Part shown: positions 7,832 through 16,376 of the stretch, one piece after another
How positions within the stretch are numbered: position 1 is the stretch's first letter
How the letters are laid out: each line of letters opens with the position of its first letter
NCBI GenBank assembly: GCA_049189775.1
Contig: JAIVVP010000001.1
Coordinates: 1 to 31,057, forward strand
DNA length: 31,057 nt
Source of the DNA: Gemmatimonadota bacterium
GTDB lineage: Bacteria; Pseudomonadota; Gammaproteobacteria; Eutrophobiales; Eutrophobiaceae
Reading direction: 5' to 3'
Program-made: the position numbers and the translations under genes
The notes under the pieces: model-generated
The model's database searches: none
The model's input: the letters and a program-made list of their open reading frames with translations, nothing else
Told to the model about the DNA's origin: nothing

Positions 7832-8086
7832 TTTTAATTCCTCGTATAATTATTACAATCAAAATTTAAATAACTCTTTCTAGTTACAGAGGAAGTCTAG
7901 GGCAGGGATGTATATTAATAAAATAGAATAAATAGGATATAACGATATATAAAATAGGATGATGATTACATGCCAGGAAGGGGGCATTCATCTGGAATGC
8001 TTAAGGTGTATTTATCTATGTGTGGCTAGATGACAAGGAGTGGCGAGAAGAAGAGCAATTACACTTTGGGGGATTATGGATTTCTA

Positions 8087-8272
8087 TCAGGATTCATCGC
8101 TGTCTAGTTTCTCAAGCTGTTCCAGGGTAGGACTATTAATGAAGTCTCGAAATGTTTTCATCCTGAGCAATAGTTCCTGTAGCTCAGCATCTATATCAGC
8201 ATAGTCTTCAGCGTGTGTTTTTACTTCGCTCTCAATACGCTTTATTGCATCGGTTAGAATTATATTAATCAT
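8087..8272 (-). CDS. Small acidic helical hypothetical protein (start uncertain)
   Basis: 61-aa amphipathic ORF collinear with its neighbours; no clear SD; the frame stays open 23 codons further upstream without an ATG. Confidence 0.5.
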   Translation of the reverse strand: MINIILTDAIKRIESEVKTHAEDYADIDAELQELLLRMKTFRDFINSPTLEQLEKLDSDES

Positions 8273-8358
8273 TGCTATGTATTCTTGCTTTGTTGTTTCC
8301 TGATTTTGCTGTCTAACTATAAGCCTGATATTGCTATTTAACTAGTGGATCAACGGTG

Positions 8359-8556
8359 TTATCTCGTAAACTCTTCATCTAGTAACGACATCCAGTTATC
8401 AAACATCTCATTTGCATGCATTACTGCGTCCTCTCTGCTTGGGAAAACAGGCTCAGTTATAGCAATAGGTATTACCTCATCTTCTGGATAATATAGTTCT
8501 GCGTATACCTTGCCGGTGTCTGGATAAGTCGCTGTTTCTACCCTTAAATGAGCCAT
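8359..8556 (-). CDS. Small hypothetical protein (65 aa)
   Basis: Strong SD AAGGAG before the ATG; protein-like beta/alpha pattern (GKVYAELYYPED...FPSREDA). Confidence 0.8.
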   Translation of the reverse strand: MAHLRVETATYPDTGKVYAELYYPEDEVIPIAITEPVFPSREDAVMHANEMFDNWMSLLDEEFTR

Positions 8557-8773
8557 TGTTATGCTCCTTCGAGTTGTTGGTAATCACGGGTATAATTTTA
8601 GTAGGGACTGTGAATATTTAATGATAAGCACATCACAAAACGGGGGAATACACTCGTAAAAAGCTTTGTCACCGGCTTCAATGATTTGTCACTCTCCATA
8701 TATTTAGTTACACCCGACTCGGGTAGTGCTTATGGGATCGTACTCTCTGTCGCAGCGTATATTCTGTTTTATG

Positions 8774-8872
8774 CTATACAAAGGCTGAGCCAAGCACGGC
8801 AACAACTACCAATATGATTACCCACATTGTTTGTCTGTCATCTTTTTTGGCTGTGTCGTCTTTTCTATTCAT
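8774..8872 (-). CDS. 32-aa single-pass membrane peptide
   Basis: MNRKDDTAKKDDRQTMWVIILVVVAVLGSAFV*; SD GGAGA 5 nt upstream; charged N-terminus and hydrophobic C-terminal helix. Not in the ORF track. Confidence 0.65.
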   Translation of the reverse strand: MNRKDDTAKKDDRQTMWVIILVVVAVLGSAFV

Positions 8873-9104
8873 ATCGTTCTCCAGTCCTTAAAAATGTGGT
8901 GGATGGCAGTAACCCGTCAACAATTTCGCCCCAGAGTTAATGCCTTTAAAGATGCCACCACACACCTCTTTAGGGTGGGGTCGAGGACTCATTGGGATTA
9001 TGCTGAGAGAGCAGCCGGGTGGCTTGGCATAAGACGCCAATCCATTGACTTTTTGCGCCAGTATTCAGGGGATGGTGAAATTGATTCTTACGTATTTAAA
9101 TGAC

Positions 9105-9210
9105 TGGCTGGGGGTAGAGGATTACAAAATACATCCATGTATTTTGCCCTACGGGCCAGCACAATAATGATTGTGCTGTTCAAATCCGTTCCCTACGGAT
9201 TTGTCAAACC
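9105..9210 (-). repeat. tRNA-Gln 3'-half mimic with hairpins inserted in the T-loop
   Basis: 9105-9123 is identical to tRNA 9288-9306 (19 bp). 9204-9210 TCAAACC corresponds to tRNA TCGAACC. Four hairpins lie between them. Confidence 0.85.
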
Positions 9211-9243
9211 CAGGGGTTCTCATACTTTTCTACTAACCAATAC

Positions 9244-9283
9244 ATAAAAAGGAAAACCAATAAAAACTGGCTTTCCTTTTTAT
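9244..9283 (-). terminator. Intrinsic terminator of tRNA-Gln
   Basis: 16-bp inverted repeat 9244-9259/9268-9283 with one difference that is a G-U wobble on the minus strand; U-rich 3' arm. Confidence 0.8.
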
Positions 9284-9287
9284 ATAT

Positions 9288-9361
9288 TGGCTGGGGGTAG
9301 AGGATTCGAACCTCTACTGGCGGAGTCAGAGTCCGCAGTCCTACCGTTAGACGAACCCCCA
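9288..9361 (-). tRNA. tRNA-Gln (anticodon CTG)
   Basis: TGGGGGTTCGTCTAACGGTAGGACTGCGGACTCTGACTCCGCCAGTAGAGGTTCGAATCCTCTACCCCCAGCCA: cloverleaf, GGTTCGAATCC T-arm, encoded CCA. Confidence 0.97.
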
Positions 9362-9407
9362 AAAGTGTGCTGATTTGCTATATCAATTTTAGCAGGGAAT
9401 CATAAAG

Positions 9408-9437
9408 AAAAAAAAAGAGGGTAAACCCTCTTTTTTT
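9408..9437 (-). terminator. Intrinsic terminator of rplM-rpsI
   Basis: A9-GAGGG-TAAA-CCCTC-T7, 19 nt past the rpsI stop. Confidence 0.85.
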
Positions 9438-9456
9438 CTGAACAATCCTGAAAAAC

Positions 9457-9849
9457 TTAACGTTTTGAGAATTGTGGACGCTTACGCGCTTTATGTAGAC
9501 CAACTTTCTTACGTTCAACCTCACGTGCATCGCGGGTAACAAAGCCTGCCTGACGCAGTGGCTTACGTAGAGTTTCATCATATTCGATCAGGGCCCTGGT
9601 AATGCCATGACGAATTGCACCGGCCTGGCCAGTAATACCGCCACCTTTGACGGTGATATTGATGTCCATTTGACCCAGCAGGTCGACTGTTTCCAGTGGT
9701 TGGCGGACGACCATACGGCCTGTCTCACGACCGAAATACTGCTCAAGTGTTCTGTTGTTAATGGTGATGTTGCCGTCGCCACGCTTCATGAAAACGCGTG
9801 CTGCTGAGCTTTTGCGGCGACCTGTACTGTAATAGATGTCTGTTGCCAT
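9457..9849 (-). CDS. rpsI: 30S ribosomal protein S9
   Basis: [46 protein letters not shown]. Confidence 0.99.
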   Translation of the reverse strand: MATDIYYSTGRRKSSAARVFMKRGDGNITINNRTLEQYFGRETGRMVVRQPLETVDLLGQMDINITVKGGGITGQAGAIRHGITRALIEYDETLRKPLRQAGFVTRDAREVERKKVGLHKARKRPQFSKR

Positions 9850-9852
9850 TTG

Positions 9853-10281
9853 TTAAATTTCCAATACTTTTGGTTGTTGGGCAGAATGTTTGTGTTCTGC
9901 GCCAGGGTATACTTTCAGTTTACGGTACATGTCTCTGCCAAGAGGACCTCTGGGGAGCATGCCTTTCACTGCCTTTTCGATAATCATTTCTGGTTTCTTG
10001 GCAATCAGCTTGTCAAAGGTGATTGACTTCAGACCACCTGGAAAACCAGTGTGATGATGATAGATTTTGTCTGTGGTTTTATTACCAGTCACCTTCACTT
10101 CTTTGGCATTGATCACGACGATGTAGTCGCCGGTGTCCATATGCGGTGTGTATTCTGGCTTATGTTTGCCACGCAGACGTCTGGCTATCTCGGTTGCGAG
10201 TCTGCCTAGAGTTTTACCGCTGGCATCTACAACGTACCAATCTTGCTTGATATCAGAGGGTTTTGCTGTATAGGTTGTCAT
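9853..10281 (-). CDS. rplM: 50S ribosomal protein L13
   Basis: [41 protein letters not shown]. Confidence 0.99.
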   Translation of the reverse strand: MTTYTAKPSDIKQDWYVVDASGKTLGRLATEIARRLRGKHKPEYTPHMDTGDYIVVINAKEVKVTGNKTTDKIYHHHTGFPGGLKSITFDKLIAKKPEMIIEKAVKGMLPRGPLGRDMYRKLKVYPGAEHKHSAQQPKVLEI

Positions 10282-10323
10282 TATATAAGTACTTCTAAAA
10301 TGGTCATCGAAAAAAGAGGTGGA

Positions 10324-10352
10324 ATGGTACGGATTGGCCGCTGGACTGTCAA
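10324..10352 (-). promoter_or_regulatory. sigma70 promoter of rplM-rpsI
   Basis: Minus strand TTGACA-N17-TACCAT. Confidence 0.8.
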
Positions 10353-10479
10353 TATAATAAGCCGTTCTTTATATGTGATTCAGGGCAATTCAGGCCGATT
10401 TCCCACCGAAAACAGCGAATAATTCTAAAAACTGGAAATTACCGAGATTTACATTATAAAGAATGGCATATTACCACGT

Positions 10480-11124
10480 ATGAGCGAACGAAATTATAGT
10501 GTTCTGGACGGTTTCATCAACACGATTGATGAGCATCTGGGGGCCTTTATAAGCCAGCCGCAGCAGACATTGCGTGCTTATCCTGCTGAAAATGTCGATC
10601 ATTCGATGTTGTCAGAGACTGAGCGTCGGCAATCCGAAGGGTTTATGCGGGTCAATCATGCGGGCGAAGTCTCAGCCCAGGCACTTTATAAAGCCCAGGC
10701 ACTCACTGCTCGCGATGATCAGGTGCGGGAGGCGATGGAACGTTCGGCAGAGGAGGAGATTGATCACCTGGTCTGGTGTGAGGAGCGTCTGCATGAGCTG
10801 GGTGGACGTACAAGTCTTCTTGGGCCTTTCTGGTTTTTCGGTTCATTTACCATAGGTTCCCTGGCGGGTTTAGTCGGAGATAAATGGAATCTGGGTTTTG
10901 TTGTTGAAACCGAGAATCAGGTTGTGAAACATCTGGATGAGCACTTGAATGAGATTTCTACAAGCGATTTGAGAAGTCGGGCGGTTCTGGAGCAGATGCG
11001 AGAAGATGAAGCACATCATGCCAGTGTCGCACTTCATGCAGGCGCTCATGAATTACCAGCACCCGTTAAAAGGATGATGAGATTACTCTCGAAGGTAATG
11101 ACGAAGACCGCTTACTGGATCTAG
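10480..11124 (+). CDS. coq7: Demethoxyubiquinone hydroxylase Coq7 (di-iron)
   Basis: RVNHAGEVSAQALY, EEEIDHL, ETENQVVKHL and REDEAHH di-iron motifs. Confidence 0.95.
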   Translation: MSERNYSVLDGFINTIDEHLGAFISQPQQTLRAYPAENVDHSMLSETERRQSEGFMRVNHAGEVSAQALYKAQALTARDDQVREAMERSAEEEIDHLVWCEERLHELGGRTSLLGPFWFFGSFTIGSLAGLVGDKWNLGFVVETENQVVKHLDEHLNEISTSDLRSRAVLEQMREDEAHHASVALHAGAHELPAPVKRMMRLLSKVMTKTAYWI

Positions 11125-11145
11125 ATCAGTTTGATCTCTGGATAA

Positions 11146-12399
11146 TTATCCGAGAATCGCCTTGAGGATGTAGAAGAAAATAATCGCCAGGATCGCACCG
11201 GCAGGCAGTGTGATGATCCACGACATAAAGATCGAACCAATCACTCGCAGATTCAGTGCTGAAATTCCTCGCGCAAGACCAACACCGAGTACCGCACCTA
11301 CCAATGTATGGGTTGTCGAGATAGGCAATCCTGTTCCAGAGGCAAGCACGACCGTTGTTGAAGCTGAAAGGTTACAGCAAAAACCACGACTTGGTGTCAG
11401 CTCGGTAATACCAACCCCGACGGTTGCAATCACCTTGTGCCCGTACATGACCAGGCCAGCAACAATACCCATTGCGCCCAGCATCAAGACCCAGGAAGGC
11501 AGCATTGATTGTTGTTCAATCAGACCACCACTATTGACAATACTGACAACCGCAGCGACGGGTCCAATGGCATTGGCGACATCGTTAGAACCATGTGCAA
11601 AGGCCATGGCACATGCGGTAAAGACCATTAATACAGCAAACACCAGTTCAACACTGTGCAGGTGAAATCCACCAACATCGACTGGTTGCTCTTTTATCTT
11701 GCGAATCATAAAGATGCCGATAATGGCGGAAATAATACCGATAATGGCTGCAATGCTGTAACACTCAGTCTGTGTCATATCCAGGCCAAGATGTTTTAAA
11801 CCCTTGAATACAGTAACCAGTGAAATAATGAAACCTGTCAAAAAAATATAAATAGGCACGTAACGTTTGGAGTTTTTAAACGGGTCTGAGCTATCCAGTA
11901 TCAGAACCTGGACACTTCGGTAGAGAAAATAGGACATGGTCCCTGCCAGGATCGGAGAGACTATCCAGCTCATTGCAATATTACCGACTTTCCCCCATTG
12001 CACGGCATCCATGCCCATGGTGACTGCTGCAAAACCGACAATGGCGCCAACAATAGAATGGGTGGTTGAGACTGGCAAACCTTGACGCGTTGCAAACAAT
12101 AACCAGACACCCGCTGCAAGCAGCGCCGATAACATGCCATAGACAAGCAACTCTGGAGAGTCCGCAAACATGGCAGAATCCACCATGCCTTTACGTATAG
12201 TGGAAGTGACTTCGCCACCTGCCAGGTATGCCCCTGCGAATTCAAAAATGGCGGCAATGATAATGGCTGATTTGATTGTCAGCGCTTTCGAGCCAACCGA
12301 GGTTGCCATGGCATTAGCAACATCATTAGCACCAATGCCCCATGCCATAAACAGACCGAATACAGCAGCAAGTATCAATAACAGTGTTGCGTGTTCCAT
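11146..12399 (-). CDS. PiT-family inorganic phosphate transporter
   Basis: Two signature repeats GIGANDVANAM and FAHGSNDVANAIGP; PVSTTH and PISTTH motifs. Confidence 0.95.
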   Translation of the reverse strand: MEHATLLLILAAVFGLFMAWGIGANDVANAMATSVGSKALTIKSAIIIAAIFEFAGAYLAGGEVTSTIRKGMVDSAMFADSPELLVYGMLSALLAAGVWLLFATRQGLPVSTTHSIVGAIVGFAAVTMGMDAVQWGKVGNIAMSWIVSPILAGTMSYFLYRSVQVLILDSSDPFKNSKRYVPIYIFLTGFIISLVTVFKGLKHLGLDMTQTECYSIAAIIGIISAIIGIFMIRKIKEQPVDVGGFHLHSVELVFAVLMVFTACAMAFAHGSNDVANAIGPVAAVVSIVNSGGLIEQQSMLPSWVLMLGAMGIVAGLVMYGHKVIATVGVGITELTPSRGFCCNLSASTTVVLASGTGLPISTTHTLVGAVLGVGLARGISALNLRVIGSIFMSWIITLPAGAILAIIFFYILKAILG

Positions 12400-12464
12400 A
12401 ATGATTTATATTTGGGTGAATATGTCTGGGGTGAGTATGTCTATTGAGAAATAGTTTCAGGAAA

Positions 12465-13145
12465 TTATTTGGCAAGCATTAATTGCAAGCGGTTGCCGGT
12501 ACTCTGAGATGCATCGGCAAGGTCACCAATCCATTCGATTATCTTGTATATAAACATGACATCGATAGGGGGTAATTCACTTTCGAGCGCATAAAGAGAG
12601 GCACGGAGTTTGACCTGGATATCATCGGTCTCATTTTCAATGACGTGCAGTTCGGCAACCATATTTCTAACGCGCGATGCTTCATCTCCCCGAAATCCTG
12701 TGACCACCAGTTCATCCAGTTCATTGATGGCAATCTGGGCCTGTTTTGTGGCGTCGATGCAGCGCTGCAGGAAGACCATGAAATCATCCGTAAGTGCACT
12801 CGGGATTGCCATCTTGCGGCCGAGGGTGAGCCCGGAAATATCTTTTGCCCGATTCGCAATCAGATCCTGCATATCCAGAAGCTCAAGAATATCTCTTCGA
12901 TCAATAGGCATGAATAAACTTGTAGGCAGGTTCATGCGTAATTCGTTCTTGGTGTCATCGGCTTCACCTTCAAGGGCGGCGAGTTGTCCCTGAATCTTTG
13001 TGGCCTCATCCCAGTCACCTTTAAAAACAGCTTCAAAGTAAGGAATGAGTTGCTCAACACAGGCGATAACACTGGCGATATGTTGCTGCAGTGGTGAGAC
13101 CGGGGAGTTGCCGAAGATACGTGAAAAATAACTGGTTTTTGCCAT
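12465..13145 (-). CDS. DUF47 / PhoU-like phosphate transport regulator
   Basis: Start moved to MAKTSYFSRIF (ATG at 13145). LEGEADDTK and IENETDD repeats, PIDRRDI; standard partner upstream of PiT. Confidence 0.9.
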   Translation of the reverse strand: MAKTSYFSRIFGNSPVSPLQQHIASVIACVEQLIPYFEAVFKGDWDEATKIQGQLAALEGEADDTKNELRMNLPTSLFMPIDRRDILELLDMQDLIANRAKDISGLTLGRKMAIPSALTDDFMVFLQRCIDATKQAQIAINELDELVVTGFRGDEASRVRNMVAELHVIENETDDIQVKLRASLYALESELPPIDVMFIYKIIEWIGDLADASQSTGNRLQLMLAK

Positions 13146-13192
13146 GGGCGCTATTGTATGTATTTTTTTTGAAAATAAATACTTTTTAATCA

Positions 13193-13219
13193 TTGAAAAA
13201 TTATCTGTCATCCCCACAT
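13193..13219 (+). promoter_or_regulatory. sigma32 (RpoH) promoter of hsp20
   Basis: TTGAAA-N13-CCCCACAT against the consensus CTTGAAA-N13/14-CCCCATNT, 41 nt before the ATG. Confidence 0.75.
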
Positions 13220-13260
13220 TAAAATATAAGACAAACACTAAGTTAATCAGGAGGTGTGAA

Positions 13261-13716
13261 ATGGCACTTGTAAGATATGAACCCTGGAATTTACTGGATA
13301 GACTGCAAAAGGAATTCAACCTGCAGAATGCTTGTGAACCGTATACAAAGGAAATTGCAGGAGATGATAATTCGGATGTGGTAACCAGTCATTGGCGTCC
13401 TGCAGTCGATATCAAAGAGGAAGAAGACCGATTTGTTATCTATGCGGATTTGCCTGGCGTTGATCCAAAAGACATCGAAATCACGATGGAAAAAGGCGTG
13501 TTAACACTGAAAGGTGAGCGTTCTGAAGAGACCAGGGAAGAACGGGAAGGCTACAAACGCGTTGAGCGTATGAGTGGCAGTTTTTACCGTCGCTTCAGTT
13601 TACCTGATACAGCCGATGCTGAACGCATTGAGGCCGAAGGTAAAAATGGCGTGTTGGAAATTACACTGCCAAAGCAGGAGAAGGCGCAACCAAGAAAAAT
13701 TACTGTAAAAAGCTAA
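13261..13716 (+). CDS. Hsp20/alpha-crystallin small heat-shock protein
   Basis: Start MALVRYEPWNLL after SD AGGAGG. PAVDIKE, ADLPGV, ERMSGSFYRRFSLP and NGVLEITLPK motifs. Confidence 0.95.
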   Translation: MALVRYEPWNLLDRLQKEFNLQNACEPYTKEIAGDDNSDVVTSHWRPAVDIKEEEDRFVIYADLPGVDPKDIEITMEKGVLTLKGERSEETREEREGYKRVERMSGSFYRRFSLPDTADAERIEAEGKNGVLEITLPKQEKAQPRKITVKS

Positions 13717-13734
13717 AATCAGTGATTTATGAGT

Positions 13735-13762
13735 AAAAGGCGGGGATATCCCCGCCTTTTTT
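13735..13762 (+). terminator. Intrinsic terminator of hsp20
   Basis: AAAAGGCGGGG-ATAT-CCCCGCCTTTTTT. Confidence 0.9.
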
Positions 13763-13809
13763 CTTTGTTGCTATTAATTCTACAACCTTATAGGTTGCCG
13801 GGAGAATAT

Positions 13810-13836
13810 GAACTTTTACAGGAAGAGTGTTTCCTA
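13810..13836 (+). promoter_or_regulatory. Putative sigmaE (RpoE) promoter of the HtrA protease
   Basis: GAACTT-N16-TCCTA against the consensus GAACTT-N16-TC(T/A)NA, upstream of a canonical sigmaE regulon member. Confidence 0.6.
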
Positions 13837-13876
13837 AGTTCGTATATGATGATTTCTATTCACAAGTATTATTTGG

Positions 13877-15277
13877 ATGACTTTGATGTATAAAAGAGCA
13901 ACGAGTTGGACCCCGGGTATCGCATTGGGCAATTTATTAATACTTGTATTGAGCCTGATTAGCGCGTCCGTACAGGCGGCATTACCAGTCTACGCAGATG
14001 GCAAGGAATTGCCGAGCCTGGCCCCCATGCTGGAACAGGTCACACCAGCCGTCGTCAATATCGCAACAGAGGGTAAGGTCCAGGTCAGGTTAAATCCACT
14101 TTTTTCAGATCCATTCTTTCGTCGCTTTTTTAATGTTCCGGATCAACCTGTAGAAAGAAAAACACAGAGTCTGGGTTCGGGTGTGATTGTTGATGCCAAA
14201 CGAGGATTGGTAGTGACCAATTACCATGTGATTGCCAATGCACTGCAGATCACAGTGACATTAAGCGATGGCAGGCAACTGGAAGCAGAACTGGTTGGTG
14301 CCGATCCGCAAACGGATGTTGCTGTGGTCAAGATCCCTGCAGAAGATATCGTGGATCTCAAGATAGCAGATTCTGATGAACTCAGGGTAGGTGACTTTGT
14401 AGTCGCTATTGGTGAACCGTTTGGTCTCGGGCAAACCGTTACCTCCGGTATTGTCAGTGCGCTCAGTCGTAGCGGCCTGGGCATAGAAGAATATGAAAAT
14501 TTTATCCAGACAGATGCCTCTATTAACCCGGGAAATTCCGGTGGTGCATTAGTGAACTTGCGAGGTGAACTGGTCGGCATTAATACGGCAATCTTTTCGG
14601 CAACTGGAGGGAATATTGGTATCGGTTTTGCTATCCCGATTAATCTGGCGATGCAGATCACCGAGCAGTTACTGGAACATGGCAAAGTACAACGTGGATT
14701 TCTCGGAGTATCTGCACAGGACTTGTCACCTGCCCTGGTTGAAGCCTTTGGCTTAAAGCAAAATAAGGGCGCGGTAATCACCAGTGTTGATGAAGGTTCT
14801 CCTGCAGGTAAAGCCGGGCTTCAGCCCGGAGATATACTGATAAAAATAAATGGTCGTGATGTTAAAAATGCAGGTGACGTACGCAATAGTTTTGGTTTGT
14901 TGACCGTCGGCGAACAGGTCGATTTTGATATTTTACGTGGGGGCATAAGCAAAAAAATTACCACTATAGTTACTGTAGCAAAAGAAGAAGTCAGTTCACC
15001 CGTTGCCATAAACAAGCGACTGGAAGGTGTGACAATTAATGAACTCAAGGAAGGCCATCATTACTATGGAAAAGTCGAAGGTGTTCATGTTGTCGGTGTG
15101 GACAGGGGTAGCCCGGCATGGCGTAGCGGCCTGAGAAAAGGTGATGTCATTACTTCGGTGAACCGTCAGCCTGTGAAAGATGTACCGGTATTTCTCAAAC
15201 TCGTGAATGGAAAAGATGAACCCCTGTTGTTAAGAATTATAAGGGGTAATAACGCGGCGTTTATTGTAATTAAGTAA
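13877..15277 (+). CDS. DegP/DegQ (HtrA) periplasmic serine endoprotease with two PDZ domains
   Basis: Catalytic triad contexts VTNYHV, TDVAV and INPGNSGG; signal peptide; two PDZ domains. Confidence 0.96.
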   Translation: MTLMYKRATSWTPGIALGNLLILVLSLISASVQAALPVYADGKELPSLAPMLEQVTPAVVNIATEGKVQVRLNPLFSDPFFRRFFNVPDQPVERKTQSLGSGVIVDAKRGLVVTNYHVIANALQITVTLSDGRQLEAELVGADPQTDVAVVKIPAEDIVDLKIADSDELRVGDFVVAIGEPFGLGQTVTSGIVSALSRSGLGIEEYENFIQTDASINPGNSGGALVNLRGELVGINTAIFSATGGNIGIGFAIPINLAMQITEQLLEHGKVQRGFLGVSAQDLSPALVEAFGLKQNKGAVITSVDEGSPAGKAGLQPGDILIKINGRDVKNAGDVRNSFGLLTVGEQVDFDILRGGISKKITTIVTVAKEEVSSPVAINKRLEGVTINELKEGHHYYGKVEGVHVVGVDRGSPAWRSGLRKGDVITSVNRQPVKDVPVFLKLVNGKDEPLLLRIIRGNNAAFIVIK

Positions 15278-15288
15278 GAGAGATGCCC

Positions 15289-16122
15289 TTAACCTGCAGT
15301 TGCTGAAAGTCTGGGGTGCTCAAGATCATATTGCCCTTGTTCGGATATTCCGGGTTCTGAACACTCTGCAGAAATAATTTTCTCCAGAAGATCGACATCT
15401 ACATAGCCTGCGCCATATGAATTTCCTGAGCTAACGGTAAAGTGTTTTTCTGGCTCACCAAGTTGATCAACAACCAGAGAGGCACCGGTAAAATCTTCAT
15501 CAACGGTTAGAGGATGGGTGGTTACCACTGTTTTTATGCCGGCAGACAATGCGGCACGATTACCATTGCTTGTGTCTTCCAGGACAATACAATTTGCAGG
15601 TTTTAATCCGAGGTTGGCCAAAGCATATTGGTAGACTGCCGGTGAAGGTTTTTTATCAGCAACCAGATCACAACTAACCAGAGTTTCAAAATACGATAAG
15701 GCATCTTCACCGAGCGCACTTTTTAAAACGGTTTCAACATTTGCAGTTGAAGTACTGGTAGCGATTGCCATGATGATACCTTTATCTCTGGCTTCGTTTA
15801 TTAATCTTTCAACACCGTTACGTAAACCAATATGGCCGGCAATTAATTTTTCACGATAGATTTCGGATTTGCGTTGATGAAGCTTTAATGTGTAGTCCCT
15901 TAAGTTTCCGTTCTCAGGTGCTATAAATTTTTTTGATTGCAGAAATTTTAAAATGCGTTCCTTGCCACCGGAGATATTCAATAGTTCTATGTATTCAGAG
16001 ACTGACCACTGAAAGGGGATATTGAATTCCTTGAAGGCGGCATTGAATGCCTGTCGGTGTGTTTCTTCTGTGGCGGCCAGAGTGCCATCCACATCAAAAA
16101 TTATGGCTTTTAATATGCGCAT
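15289..16122 (-). CDS. cbbY: CbbY-family HAD hydrolase
   Basis: IFDVDGTLAATEETHRQAFN and GGKERI CbbY motifs, KKPSPAVY, VLEDTSNG. Confidence 0.85.
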   Translation of the reverse strand: MRILKAIIFDVDGTLAATEETHRQAFNAAFKEFNIPFQWSVSEYIELLNISGGKERILKFLQSKKFIAPENGNLRDYTLKLHQRKSEIYREKLIAGHIGLRNGVERLINEARDKGIIMAIATSTSTANVETVLKSALGEDALSYFETLVSCDLVADKKPSPAVYQYALANLGLKPANCIVLEDTSNGNRAALSAGIKTVVTTHPLTVDEDFTGASLVVDQLGEPEKHFTVSSGNSYGAGYVDVDLLEKIISAECSEPGISEQGQYDLEHPRLSATAG

Positions 16123-16376
16123 TATAATTGTAAAAAACCTTTAAATACCTTTCGCTTTTGACAGCTACTTCTTGATCAATATAAAGAAAAACATTTGATG
16201 CAATGCAATACTAGGACATTTTTTCCTTATCGTCTACATTCAATGAGACTGAAGGGGTATTTTCGAGTTCAATCTCGTAAATTATTTAACATCCATCACT
16301 GATCTTTCTAAATAGATTGAGTATGCTTGATGGCCAAATTCTAAATCGACAATCACTTTAAACAGATGCAACTACA

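Noticed and set aside
8599-8700. 33-codon minus-strand ORF (MESDKSLKPVTK...)
   Set aside because: No SD before the ATG and no compositional or motif support.
8831-9103. 90-aa plus-strand ORF
   Set aside because: TTG start without SD; overlaps the better-supported 32-aa minus-strand ORF; no family features.
7418-9123. Genomic island bounded by the tRNA-Gln 3' duplication and containing the small ORFs
   Set aside because: The duplicate lies only 164 bp from the tRNA, so the small ORFs fall outside the repeat pair; no integrase is present.
13144-13319. Long N-terminal extensions giving overlapping divergent DUF47 and Hsp20 ORFs
   Set aside because: Better starts are at 13145 (-) and 13261 (+, SD AGGAGG), which leave a normal promoter gap containing a sigma32 site.
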